From Tubiluchus corallicola (Eukaryota > Animalia > Priapulida): 64,000 bases of DNA. Position 1 is the first letter of the stretch. Each line of letters opens with the position of its first letter. The notes beneath the pieces were generated by a model. That model was not told the origin of the DNA. It did no database searches and saw only the letters and a program-made list of their open reading frames with translations. Shown one piece after another: positions 13,501-28,100 of this stretch. The position numbers and the translations under genes are program-made. The DNA is taken from NCBI GenBank assembly GCA_030141605.1, contig JAQGDQ010000148.1:248001-312000 (forward strand), in the 5' to 3' direction.

Positions 13501-16500
13501 ACCTTGCCTTGGAATGGAAAGCCATTTGAATGGTATGAGTAACTGTAGAAAATGAAGATATGGCAATAAAAGAGTGGGACAAGACATTTTTCCATTAAAT
13601 GGTCCTGTGGTTCAGAAAAGTATGACCCTAAGCTTTGCAGTGACATTAATAAAATGTATGTAATGTCTCAAGAAATTCTTTTATTATCAGAATGATAGAC
13701 CTAGCCCATTTTGTTATTGATAGTATTTTTATGCTAGCATGCAGTCCCTCTCTCTAGTGTCATATATTGTTTACAATACAAAAAAAAACAAGAGTGAAGC
13801 ACACCAGAAATATTCATCTGGTAAAAATGAATGGCATGGAATTACACACGTAAGTTCTAAACATGGCATTAAACATTAATTGTAGTAGTACAGAAAGTAT
13901 TACTTTTTAGTGTTACACCGGTGCAATAATGAAACAGTAATGTACATTAATGTTTGATAAATTCTAACAGGCTAAAGCAGGCTTGTTGAAAAACAACTCA
14001 TCTCTGTTGTTGTCAATGCTCTAAACTCAGGATGGCTATAAAAGTTAATTTCTTGACATAATTTGTTTTTGAGATCATTAAACTAAAATAACATGATAAC
14101 AGTAAATACTAGGAGTATAAAGTGCAAGAACCCATTCCAACCTACCTTTTTCGCTCAGAAATTACTCTCTTGTACTGAGGAGGTGATGGGTACTGAGGTA
14201 CAGGCCTGAAACAATAACAAGCCATTGCGACTGATAAGTTTCGCCTAAAGTAATGCATTTTATGTCCAGTTTGAGCATTCTCAATACAACAAGGACTAGT
14301 GCAGACAGAAGACATACCTTTTGTTGCCTATTTCAAATGAAGGACTCTCTTCTCGTCTGCTGTTATTCTTTGCTCTGTCTGCACTGCGATGTCTAGGAGG
14401 ACGAATAGGGATATCCTCACGGCTACCAATGCCCGCATCAACACTCTGAGATTTTTCTAAGCCGCACCCTGCTCTGTGAGAATAAAGAACACCAGAATTC
14501 CTGGATACACTGGTAGTAGACAGGGAATAATCCGGAGGTGGTTGGTAAGTCGGTGGTTTCGAGGCTATGACTGAAACATCAGCTGCTCCAATGCTGTCTT
14601 CCTCGGTCAATGTTGACAGGGAAAGCTTGCGATTACTGTAATGTGAATTCACCAAATTAACTTCAACACGGGTTGATACGTCCAAAAAAATAAAAATTTC
14701 TCGCTAACAAAAGCTAGATGCTATCAAAATCAAGCTAGAATACAAAATGCCAATACTTACTCATTGTCAACGTTTGTTGCACTAGGTGACTGTATGATGT
14801 CAACTGCTTCTGAAGAGCTGCATTTAAAACACATCAAAATGTTACATTCTTCTAAGTAACACGGCCAACATATATTGACCACATACATACACAATAAAAT
14901 CTATACACGTAATGCATGGTTACATAATTAATGCAAGATGATGCACAGATCAAACCAGAAACTCCACCACAAACAAACTCCTAAACCTACACACTCATTG
15001 AGTTTTGAATCTTAAAAACACCAATGATTTCATTATTCACAATAAGTCTTTTTTTAAAATTAAACACAACGTAACATGAATGGAAGACCATTATTATTAT
15101 TATTATCACGGTAATCATGTAATCTGCTTCAAGATGCAGTCGCTGTTTAGCTGCTTCTAACTACCAAACACAAGACCGCTGATACTTACGCCATTGGTAG
15201 TTTAGGTGTGAAAGACTGAGCAGCAGGATCTGCAGGCCTTGGCAAGGATTCTGGCTGTACAGACGTCTCTGTTTCCTCCATGTTTACAGCATGTAGGTTG
15301 CCTGTAGAAACTGCAGTAAGAAAGCTCCAACTTCTATTGCGGTTGAAAATTTCCCTACCTGGGAGAGATTCGCTAATTTCACTCGCACCAACTGTATGTT
15401 TTCCACCAAAAACACCCCTTTGAAAGAAGAAATTTTCGCTTTTCTTTTTTGTAGATTGTTTGGCTAGGAAATTGGATAGTTTATCACTAGAAAATAAATC
15501 AAAATTGCCAATAGATGCACTGATATATCCTGAATCTATGTTGTAAATCCAATTTTTGCAACTACTAAATAAGCAATAGATATTTAATTGCAGACTATTT
15601 TTCACATGAAAAATGTAGATATCGTTTGACAGCATCAAAGACAAATCAGCAAAAAATACGATCAATGCCAGTGCCTCACTATCTATTTTGCACTTTATAA
15701 GGCATAAAGTTCTACATTTAACCAAATTTCTACTGCAAAGACTTTTGTGTTAAATAATTATTAAATTGACTGAAGAGGACTAACTCTCACATCTGGGCTG
15801 AAAAACATGAAGTGCAGCAAGAGAATATTACTGACCTGACAAAAATGACTGAGACATTGGCCAGCAAGGTTCTGGAACACTAGTAATTAAATCATCGTGT
15901 TAAAGATCACCTTAACAGACATCAAGCCTTAGTTGATAGACAGCATGGTTTCAGAAGCCACTGGTACTGTAAGATGCCGCTGTGTTACTCAGTTCGCAAC
16001 TTCATAGATAGGAAAGGATAGGTCGATATGCTGGTGTTGGATTTAACAAAAGCTTTCAACACTATTACTCACAAAACGGAAAATATTTCTGTCAAAAGTT
16101 ACAAATTAAGGAATTGGCAGTTGCATTCTTGAGCAAAATCATTCTTGATTAGAAGGACGCGCGGAGTGTTGTTCTGGATGGAACTGATCTGAACTTGTTG
16201 GTGTAATTTCTAGAATTCCACAAGGGACAGTATTGGACCTCTACTTAATGTTCATGAAAGACCTTGTTGCAAAGTCTCACCTTCAATAAGGCTTCATACT
16301 GATGAATGTGTTATATATAATGTATCATCCTATCAAATCTTGTAATGACTGTCTTACACTACTGCTCATTCCAAGGTTATAAACCATCATTATGTTCTGA
16401 GTGGAAAATCACTGAATTTGGCTTCAACATTCAATATTTAGGTGTTACAAGCTAGGTGACTTAAAATAGTGTTTGCAAAGTAGTAACCAAAGGCTCGAAC

Positions 16501-19500
16501 ATGTTAAAAAGTCTTTGCAGAAATCTCAAGCAATGTCCAAAAGCTGTCAAAGACCCTGTCTACAAATCAATAATAAGGCCAGAATTAGAATGCGCGTTTT
16601 CAGTAATATTTTGGAACTTGAGCGAGAGTAGCAATATATATGCTAATGTAACATCTATGTTAGACTCTCTTAAGTGGCCAAGCTTAGAACAGCGACATAC
16701 AGAACGTTAGTGCATAGTTCACAGATATTAATTAATAGTGCTTCTAGGGAAGACTGTAATTCGCATTACAAGCATTTACACTATCAGTGCAACAAAGATT
16801 GTTTTAAAAAATATTAATTTACACCAAGTACAATCACCCAATAGAATGATCTACCGAAACATTTTGTGCACATCTCGAACATGGTGTTTAAAGCAGCAAT
16901 ACAAGAGTTTGACCTGACATTTGATAGGAATTCATTTAAATGTATGCTAGATAGAGTTATATTGTTGGCACACATGTACGCTGCGATAATATTCCCAAAG
17001 GAATGTTGCAGCATCCACATTCAGATTCAGAACAGTTTCTTGTTAACACAAGTTCATTCTTACAATGTGTGGGCAGAGCTGCATCGGAGCTGTCTACATG
17101 CAAAATTGACAAATTAATCATACTATAGAGGTTAAGCTGAGATGTAAAGTTGTCATGCTAGCTGAATATCTAATATGGGAAGATCTTTGTATTTGCTGAA
17201 GTTGCCAGTTGACAGTTTTCACAGTCCGTCTGCATTGTCAGCGTGACCATCAGCTTTACAAATATTTGCTTACAATAACAATTTGTAATTACAATCACAA
17301 TTACAGGTTGTACTGTCACTTGCTCAGAATCGTCAAAAATTATCAATAGAGCACTTGCAAACCAAAAACGTCCATAAGTTGGTTTAGTTAGAACTATGTT
17401 AGAACTTAGTGCTTCAAAGGCGAATGTACCAAAAATTAGGTCAAATGTCAATTTTTTGTTTTTTTATAAAAACAAATGCTAAATATATTGGAGTTTTATA
17501 TTCTAGCATCAAATTATCAAGAAAATGTTAAAAAAATACTAAAAACCTAATTTTATAATCCCATATCCACTCCTCTAGCTAGAAACTAGTGCTGCAATTA
17601 TAAGAAACTCCTATTTTCAAACTCCAATAGTAGCTCGTGGAAGCAGTCATTTTCCCTTGGGTTTTTTCTGTTGCCAAGTCCAGATCTTTGTCAGGAAGAG
17701 CTCTACTGGATTTAAGCATAACTTCAATGTGTTTTCCCAAAGTCCATAGCAACCAACATTTGTGTGGTTGCTAAGTGTTTTGTAGAAATGTGACAAAAAC
17801 AATGGCTAACTTTAAGAGCGATTTTCTTAAGATTAAGTTTTCCAGCACATAGGCATGTACCTCAACTTCAACGTGGATTATCTCAGCTTAGAAATAACAA
17901 AGAGAGTTGAGCTTGGTATCAAAATGATTCTCATGAAATGGAAATTCGGGATAACCTGAATAACTAGGAAAGCTTAATTCCCGACTTATGGACGTTTTTG
18001 TTAAATGCAAGCACACCTTTAGTAAATTTTGTCCAAAGTTCTCGGCAAGTGTAGGTTGTTGCTTTCTTGATTTGCTGAGGTAGTAGTATGTGTTTCAAAA
18101 ATATCCTCCATTTATTAAATATATTAGTATATTATTGCTTAGATTACTACTATCAAATTTCATAGAATTCATAGTGCAGCTGTGGCAGATTTTCTGCATT
18201 ACGTGACAGTGAACAATATTCACATTCATGCTTATGCGACGTTCCCGCGTACCACCTCCTTGTTCCAATCCCGGCAAGCCTCAACTTGATGATATGGACC
18301 TAACCCTGTAGCTCCTCACTGTGTACTGCCTTGCCATCAATGCCATGCGCTTTACTGCCAGCGCCATGTACCACAACGCTTCACAAGAGTGCTATGGTAC
18401 ACAACAAAATGGTACATACCAAGATGATATGCAGCATGTTGTACATGGCGAGGTGCTGCGCGGCTCCATGGCAACAAAGAGGAAGCACGAGGCAGTCGAG
18501 CAAGCCAATACGTCCCACGTAGTGCACATTTGGATTGTTTCAAAACAATTTTTGCCTTAAGAGGCAGGATATCGAGTCTCAGCCGATCACTATACTATAC
18601 ATGTTAACATAATTTAATTACAAGCAAGTTTATTTAGACGTGCGTTAGACACAGTAATACACTCCGTACTAATCTTAACAACTTTTGCTAAGCCGCTAAG
18701 GCCCCAAAACAATTTCAATAAAATTATAAGTTTCTTGTAAAAATTCCGCAAGTTACGAAACATTAAAATACGAATGAAAAAACGAACACGAAAACGTGAA
18801 ACTAATCACGCGTTTTCATTTCTGTGAAGCAGCTGCCAGCTGACTTTTGTTAATGCGGAATCTTATGCTCATTACAAGTTACCAATAAAATTTAACTTCG
18901 CTTTATGAACAGCTTAGATAGTTGTCCACGATCAATTTGGTCTAAATAGTAGGCGTTGTTATAACAAATTTTGCTTACAAGCCCAACAAATTAAAGGAAG
19001 ACAGGATGCTTTTTCATACACTATCCCATTTTAAAGTACGGTAAAAACAATACTGCAAAAATGTTTCTGATAATTGAATAATAGATGAAAATCTTAACTA
19101 ACGGCACCGAGCCCAACTAGCGATCACAAACTAACATAATTTTCAATGGCAAAAACATTCCACGAGCGTGTTGCACGTGTATGGGAAAGTGAAAATTGAA
19201 GTACAGTGCTATTGTAAGAGATTCGGTGTGTTGTACTAAAATTGGGTAAGTTTTAAGATAAAAATTCAAATTTGAAAATTACCGCTGCGCTCACACATGA
19301 GCTGTCAAGTGTGCAGTTCATCACAAACTAACATATCTGAACGGAAAGGTAAAGCACCTGTTTCTGGGCAATGTTTTCTGCAGTGCAGACCCAGCTTTAA
19401 CCCTAAAATGCGACAGCTTATTCGAGTTTTATTTTTATGTGCTACCATAAATCATGCACAAGTAGTCACTCAAGTCAAGAAACCTCCTTGCCCAACAAAC

Positions 19501-22500
19501 CACAGTTACGCAGAATTTCATAAACAACCTAGCAAAGTTAAATTTAAAGCAGCTCCCTAGCTTTAGAAATTCTTGATTTTTCACAGCAAACCAAATTGTG
19601 GAACCATTTTACATAAGGTCAGCTGATCTTACAGAACAGCAGAATCATTGTTTGTGGACCCCACAGACGATGGGTCCAGGCATCTTTGCTAGACAGATTT
19701 TAACTAGTAATATCAGAAGTATTATGACACATCTGAAACCAAAAGTAACTCTGAAACTCTCTTTAAGTATAATGCTAATTTGATAACTTACTTCATCTAC
19801 AATAATGCATTTAGCAGTCAACTTTTTTCAGTGGCTATGCAGCAGAACTGAATGTAAATATTAATAAAACCATGAATAAAACCCACTATTTTTAACAGAA
19901 AGCCAATGTATGCACTTGAGGAGCCATAATTTTAGTGATGCTCATTTTGGCTTCCTAAAAGGATCAAGCTGTGAAGTTCAACTTTCCTTGTTGTACTATC
20001 ATTTGTTCAGATCCCTAGATGTCAATTGCTAGTCCACCTCGTGTTGACGCCATCTTTCTGGATTTCTCCAGGGCGTTCAACACGATCTCGCACAAAAAAA
20101 TGCTCGCTATATGAAGATCTGCCGGTAACATTCATGAATGGATTTCGAGCTTTCTGTATAACAGACATCAGCGAGTTGTTTATAACGTGTCTAACTGGGT
20201 GCACGTTACTTCTGGTGTTCCCCAAAGGTCTCTTCTTGGCCCACTTTTGTTTGTTCTGTGTACTAACAACTTGTCAAAAGTTGTTTCTCCCAAAAGCCAT
20301 TTATACCAATATGCTGATGACACTGTTCTATATAAGGTTGTTAGGAGCTCTGAGGATGAACACTCTTTACAGGCAGATCTTCTTAATGTTATCGACTGGT
20401 GTAGGGCAAACAAGCTTGCTCTTAATGCCTTAAAAACTGAGCTCATGATTATTAGAGGCTGTCATCCTGATGCCATGAACTATACTATCTATGGTGAGGT
20501 TATCAAGGAAGTGCAGACTCATGAACATCTTGAAGTCTGAAGTCAAGCAAGACGTCTGTTTATATTTATTTTTAGAACATGTTCGGGTTCCAACTCTGAA
20601 AACTTCAGACTATTGTATTATTCACTGGTCTGACCAATTCTGCAGTACAGCACCATTATTTGGTCCCCAACACTGTATGTGGCATTCATAAAGTAGAGTC
20701 TGTGCAACGAAAGGCAAAACGCTATATTTACCTCCTAGATCAGTCTGACTACAATAACCGCCTGCAAGCTTTCAAAATTATGAGTCTCAAATCCACAAAG
20801 GGTCCATTCTCTCTTGTATTTGGAGATAAGGCAATGCACAGTTTCTTCCGTTATCAATTAGATAGCCAATGGACAATTTTAAGAACAAGCCGTATGGGTG
20901 GTCGAATGCTTTTAAACAGAAATAGAACAACCTGTCTGCGTGCCTATTTTGTAACAGATTTCCAAGATTGTGGAACCAATTACCTGCAGATGCAATTCTA
21001 ATGGCATCATTGTCTTCTTTCAAGCAGGCTGTCTTCCATCATTTTACTATCGGAGCACACATTTTAATCCTTTGGCTTTGTATATACTTTTAGTGTTTAA
21101 TCCTATTTGTATATAATTTTTGTATTTTAAATAAGTTGTCTTGAATATTTTATGTAATTTTTATGACGTAAATTTTACTTTTGCTCTATGTGCCTACTAC
21201 TGGATTGATGACAGGCAGTGATCTGTTTGAGGATTTAGTTCCTTGCTGTTATCCATGGCACACAGTGGTAGGCACAACCTTTCAACTGATCAATGGCTAC
21301 ATAGTTTTACTGTTTACATTTACTCATGCATAAAATGTATATATTTATTCTTGTGCCTAAAAATAATACAATTTAAAAATAATCCTGTACAGGACTATAT
21401 GCCACACTCAAAAGAAAGTATTAAGAAATTTTCAATTAAAAAATCAAAAATCAGTGTATAAAATAATATTATATGTATTAGATTATTTAAAAATCTTACT
21501 CCATTCTACGATTTTGAGCTGTAATCTAATCGTAGTAATCATAGTTATAACATCTAACAAAGGAAATTCCAATTGTATAATAATTGTGTTTTCAGCAGCT
21601 ACAATATTATTTGGCCAGGCCAGGCTTACCTGTAATATTGCTCACTATCTGTTTGTGTGCTTGAAGTTGTGGTGTTTTTTACCACTGTGTGAATGGAAGT
21701 AACATGTGAGGTAGCTGGAGCGCAACTAGATGGATTGCTGGATACCTCTTCCGAATCTTGCAAGAGTTCAATAGCTAAATTATCTGCTAAAATGACAAAA
21801 ATTAATAGCTGAGTGATTTTAATAAATGATTGCTAAGATTGTCACAAGAATTTGATGTATTCGAACACTACAAGTACGTGAGCGAGCATGTACCTAAAAG
21901 AACCACACACGCTTACCTATTTCTTTTCCATCTGATTGGAATAATTGGCAGGTATGCTTCTGAGCATTTGTTAACTTTTTTCTGACACCTGATAATGCTG
22001 AAGCCTTTGCTTGCTGCAAAAGAATCAATAACCATCATGATTATAACATCACATGTAAACCATTATTTGAAATCATTAGAAAGAGTTTGTTAATATCTAA
22101 AAAAATAACCAGCAACTGGCAAATCGACTACGCAGTCAATCAACTAACTGTAAAACAACCAGTAGGCGAGCCAACTAATAAATAAACAAACAAACCACTC
22201 AACCAAGCAATTTACTGATCAATTTACCAGCCAAGTAATCCAACCAACTAGCCAAGCAGCCCGCCCAGAAATCAGTCAACCAACCACCGCTATTACAGCC
22301 AGCTCAGTAACCGATTGGCTAACCATCCAAACAAACATTCCTTTAATCAACCAATAAATCGACCAACCAACCAACCAGTCAACAGTTAATCAATGAACCA
22401 ATCAATTAACACCTTGCTTGATTACGTGGAAATTGCATTTCGTTTAAATGAAATCAGAATTTCTAGCATTGTAACTCGTGATCCGAGGGTAAAAGGTCAA

Positions 22501-25091
22501 TAAATCCCCGGTCCACGTACGCCATTCAGTTTGTCTCACAAAGACTTACATTAAAGTACTACAAAATCGTAACGTCACTTTAGACCCGTGACTTCAGAGT
22601 CAAGAGTCAACGAATTGGACATAACTCGTATGTTCAACTCAGCTCATCAAAATCTTTCATGTAATACATTACTGCGTCATTACAAGCTACTATTGTTTAA
22701 CAATGAGCCAATTTGTTTCCCAACTCCCAATTTCGATTTTTGCCCCTTGGGCCAGAGGTCGACCACCGATCTGCACGTAGCTTATACCATTCAATTCATT
22801 TCATACTACAAACCATTGTTATTCGACACTGGAAGCTTATGAGCCCTAGATGGAGATAATGGCAGATGGTTCACAAATAAACGTAGGTCCCCTTAACTGG
22901 AGAGTGTGCTCAGTGCGTGTACAAGTTATTAAAGAAAGAAAAGGGCACAAGCCAGAATGAATAACTAACAAATAAATAAAAACCGGAAGGTAACACAATA
23001 ACAACAAAAATGATTAAGACCAACTCAGTGACTGACAGAGTCAGTGTAGCAGCATAATATTATAATAGCGTAATAAACTTTACAGGTTACTTACCAGGGC
23101 ATTCAGCACAAGTTGACTTCGATTTATCTGAGATCGCAAAAGATTCAGCTCTTGACTAATTTGATCTTGGACAGCAGTGGTCACCTATGATGAAATTGAA
23201 GTAGCCATCAATTTTTACACAATATCACTAAAGCAGTGCGCCCTTTGGTTAAGTCGTTGAAAAATAATATTAATGTGGATGCGAAAATGAGGCTGAATTG
23301 ATGAAAGTTAGTATAGTCATCATCACTATGCGCTATTATAAAATAAATATTATGTGCTAATTTGTTTGATTACAGAAATCTGTAATTAATTGCACGGTAC
23401 CAATAGTATAATTGTTAAAAAAATACATACAATTATACATGCAGACTATGTTTGCAAAACTAGCGTTAAAAGATTTTCAACTAAGAGTGATAGAACAATA
23501 GCGTAACAGAAAGATTGCGGTAGTAACTTTGGGCACCAAGCTAGACTCGCAACATTCGTCCCAATGACAAGTCAGTTGGCAAAATGTTTTCGGTAATGAA
23601 AATACACTAGGTCAACGTAAATTTAATTCAACAATTAACAAAACAAATAAAATTTGCATAATATATATAATAGGAAACACGAAAGTCTTTTACGTATAAC
23701 TTCTAGCGTTTGAGTGATGGTTATAAGCTCTGAGATTGTCATAATGAATAATAATAATGCACAGAAAACTGTACGGTGATTAATCTGTTGGGCGATTAAT
23801 TTCTAGGGACGTATTGATTACAACAAATTTTCGAAAAGTTAATGATGTACTATATCATATAAATTAGTTTCATTTTCGATTGTGAACGCCTAACGACAAT
23901 TATCGTATTTCGTGCACCCATACATGTTATTATTATTTAGGTTTAAGTGCATTATATGTTACATACCTGGTTATCACTGTCATTACATCCGATTTCTACG
24001 AAACTCCAATTGTCAGGCAGGTCATTGGTACAAGGTCCTGCGTTCTCAGTATCCTGAAAATGTATAAAAAAGGTCTAGGAAAAGAGACAGTGTCAAAGTG
24101 CCTGAGTATAATGAGCATAGCATTACTAAATGTACTATGCAGCCAAAATGTCGTTAACCATGGAGGTGAGCGAAAAGGAGACTCTTACATCTACATCCTA
24201 GCCCCACTGCCCCACAATTTTTAAAATGCCACAGTTTATAAAAATGTTAAACGAACGTAACAATATCAAAAAAATCATTTTTAAGTTTATTTGTCCTTCG
24301 CAAATTTTTAAGTTACCATTAGTAGCTGTTGCTGTTTAGTATTTTAGTTGGTTGTAATCATGTCGGCATTAGCCACAATCGTCTTCATTCTTCATGGGAG
24401 ATGTTCGCACATGTCATGTTCATAATTAAGAACGGTCCTTTGGACTCTTTCCAAGATTCCATTACCGCAACGAGCCAAAAGCTGCATAACAATATCCAAT
24501 AATAACCCGTCTGATTGACTTATTCTCACTGCCAGAAACTGAATATACGTAGACTAGTACCAACTAAAATTGTGAACGAGAATTGACGCAGGCACTCGGT
24601 CTTCATGGACGCGTTTTTATTACTTTGTAATTTACACAAAAACACGGTGTTTCTTAACTACCGATTGATTACCGAGGGGTGCCGAAGTTGAGGGCAAAAG
24701 AGTAGAGTCTGAGGTTCACCCGCGAATGACATACCATAATTATTGCGCCGACCCTATCGAGCGACCATTGGGAACAAGAGCTACTAAAAATTCTATGCTT
24801 AATCGTCCGGGATTAAATTTAGATAGATAGATAGAGTCTCGAGATAACATTAGAAAGTTTGACAAGTGCCTGAATAGTGAATTGATTCATTTTTCAACTG
24901 TAATAGACAGAGTGGAAGACAGCGATTTTGGAAGAAAGTACAAAATAACTTAGGTTTATCTAGGTGAACTTCCGGAATAACAAATCCAGATTTTGTGGCA
25001 AGGCCCACTTCACAGCTTACATCTAACCTATATAATCTCTAACTTTCCTTTCACCCCTCTCTCTCTCTCTCTCTCTCTCCCTCTCTCTCTC

Positions 25092-25144
<53 letters not shown>

Positions 25145-28100
25145 CTCCCTCTCTTTTACTTTGTCTAACGTATTTTACCCTTAAACATCCAAAACTTTAT
25201 CTGCTTGTATCGCCGAGCTGTTTATTTTAAATGTTTATTGGAATGTTTTTTGACAACGCAAAGTTGAAAGAGGTAAAATTTCGGCTAATGTAATCACGAA
25301 TCCGCAGAAGCTTGTTTGAGCTGACTAACTGCCATGTTATGAGAAGAGTTTTTACAGATGAAAAAACAAAATCATGCCGTGACTGATGTGCGATGAAACT
25401 TGGCTAAATAGGATGTGGAAGCTAACTAGGCTCCTTTGCAGCTGCTTTCTAATTGACAATAGTTTCTAGTTGACAGCAGTTTGAAGCAGAGTAACCAAAC
25501 GAGGGGTTGCTTTTATTCTAAGATCCAGCAAACAAGAGTCCTAGCTTTACTTTATCGCTTTCCGAAATTTGTTTATTATTTCAAACACAAAAAATATTCC
25601 GTGATTATCTAGATGGGTGTACAGGCAATATGCGCGTACACAGAATCATCAGTGTGACGGAACGATTCATTTGAAGATGAACCAGTTATCATACCGAAGT
25701 CCAAAAGCTATATTATAGCTTATGTCACCTCCAAGGCACGAGTAGACGTAATTGTCAATCTGTGTGCCACAAGTAAGCGATCTAGATTTCGGCTTTCATT
25801 TTGCATCATTATTTACAAATTTCAATAAGACAATTTTGATTTGAAACTTGAAAAGACTCTTTATAGATCGCTTGATACAGGTTTGATGGAACGAACTTTC
25901 TCCGGTAGTTACTCATATCAACCAAACAAGGTTCCGAACCACACGCTGTTAGCCAAGTTGTTCAGATTTGATTCACTGATGTGTTTTTATGTGTTATAAC
26001 TAGCAAACTATCTGCAGGTTCCAGTGCCATTCCTCCGGACAAGTCCCACCCAATAGAATTTATTTACCGCTGAAATCAGTACGCACACTCCAGTGGACGT
26101 TTGGTACTAGAAGCACGGAAGGAGAGGTAGCCGCCATCCCTTCGCGCCCGGCCATTCGTGACTTGAATGAGGACTGAAAGAGCTTCTTCTAAACTACCTA
26201 TTTTAAAAGCTAAACACATCAACAAATTATTTTTACGGACGTTGCTGGAATACATTTTGTAGACCGCTTAAAAGATATTCGTATTAGCGCTACACTCTGA
26301 CCACTGTAATAGGTATTTATTATACATAACACGCACATTCACAGATATCATGTCCATAATTAAATGATTACGGAAGTAACCATGAAAGTAATGGTTAGGT
26401 TTGTCATTTGTCAATATATCATCGTTATCGCCTTATCGTCGAAATTTAAAGTACCCTTTTAATGAAACTGTCCCACCTCTTAAATTTTGCTGGCGGTCTT
26501 ACAATCTATGACATACATTCATAAAAACAACAAAAGTGCAATTTTTCGCCGAGCCGTGAGTAAGATGTAACCGAACACAATGAGTTTTCTAGATGATTTG
26601 GCATGAAAGCCCGCATTATCTTCGGTGTTTGTATTAGTAGTTTTATAGGAAATCCATTCGCCTTAAGTGAAAAAAACAAAAACAGAAGCTATTTAGCGTT
26701 CAACTTCGGTAAAATTTTCTCAGCGTGAATCTCCAGGGGGCGTATGTTGCACTGCGGCGCAATTACTTTTTGCAAGACGGCAGTGGTCCCCAGAGCACAG
26801 AACATTTCCATTACACAACTGCACTATATCTTCTTAAGCTGAAGCCATTAACTACAGCCAGTGAGAGGAGAAGCAACATTCTAGTCACATTCTACGTAAG
26901 CAAAAGTGAGCTGAATTTTGAGAACATCGCATTACGACCACGCGGCTGCCAACTAGCTTCTCTAGTGGTCATCAAAACAACTCCTAACCACATAAGAATT
27001 ACTAATTACCATCAACACGAAACAAAATTTTGCTGGAATTTGAAAAAAGCTTTAGGAATAATTGTTTATTAGTTACTACATTTATTATTAGAATTGACAG
27101 CTTTATACCTGCCAAGTTAAAATAATAAAAACTTAACTGAAGCTTTTGTTCCTTTCATGACATTAAGATTGTTATGTCGCCATACGACCGACACTTTTTT
27201 GCAGATCAACCAAATTTGCCTAAGGTTGACACGAAAATTTTGTCGTTTAGAACAAGTTGCTCTGTGGCTTTGAGGTTTATTCTCTTAGCTGATGTCAGAA
27301 CATGTGATAAAACACGTAAATTTTTACTTACTAACATGATGTATGAACTCACCTCTGACTTTTCGTAAGCTTTTATCAAACAAGAAAGCTATACCATTTT
27401 ATCACATTTTAAGGATAAAACCTTTGTGCAAATTTTCTCTTCCTGTTTTCAAGGTTATCTACCTTAATAGCTAAAGATATATATGTTCAGGATCGGGATT
27501 AGGCACCATCAGGACCGCGAACCCCGACCCTAACATTCAGTCCGATCCAGAAGTTCTGGACCTTAGACAGACACAGCTAAAAGAGTTTACAGATGACCGC
27601 ATCTATATAGATCTAGATGGGTTACCCATGGGACGGACTCAGAAATTGGCTTGCTCGTAAAAAAGCGCGCAGTTGTAAAATTCAAATCTGCAATGTTTTA
27701 AATAATAAGCCTCGCAGTAATATACTAATCATTTATGATACCTCCTTTTTTTATCAATATACCGCTGAGTTATGCAAAACATATTATTATCAGCATAATT
27801 AATCGCACTGGTGTAACTGTCATTTGTAACCCCTTCAAATGACTGAGCTTATCGTCGAACTACGACCCACGCCGCAGATATTTGCGAAATTACCTCATTA
27901 AAAGCTTTCACTAGAATTCGCCAGTTTCTGGAAATAGGACAAGAGACAAGTCAAGTTCTATGATGCTCTGTAGATAGTTTAACTTTATAGCATACAATAA
28001 CTGCATACTTCATAAATGACATCGAAAACGGCGAGTCGCATGTGTAAGCGATGAACCATACTAAAATAAGATTTTATGTTTTGCGGCTTTGGTTTATAAG

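Noticed and set aside
14636-14703. Extension of the PPxY exon to the acceptor at 14703
   Set aside because: It would leave a 57-nt intron with a phase mismatch. The acceptor at 14635 fits.
22420-22870. Distinct element with GGTCA/TGACC-type motifs (similar at 34640-34860 and 55400-55935)
   Set aside because: Probably old Helitron-like or other interspersed repeats, but termini could not be defined by eye.
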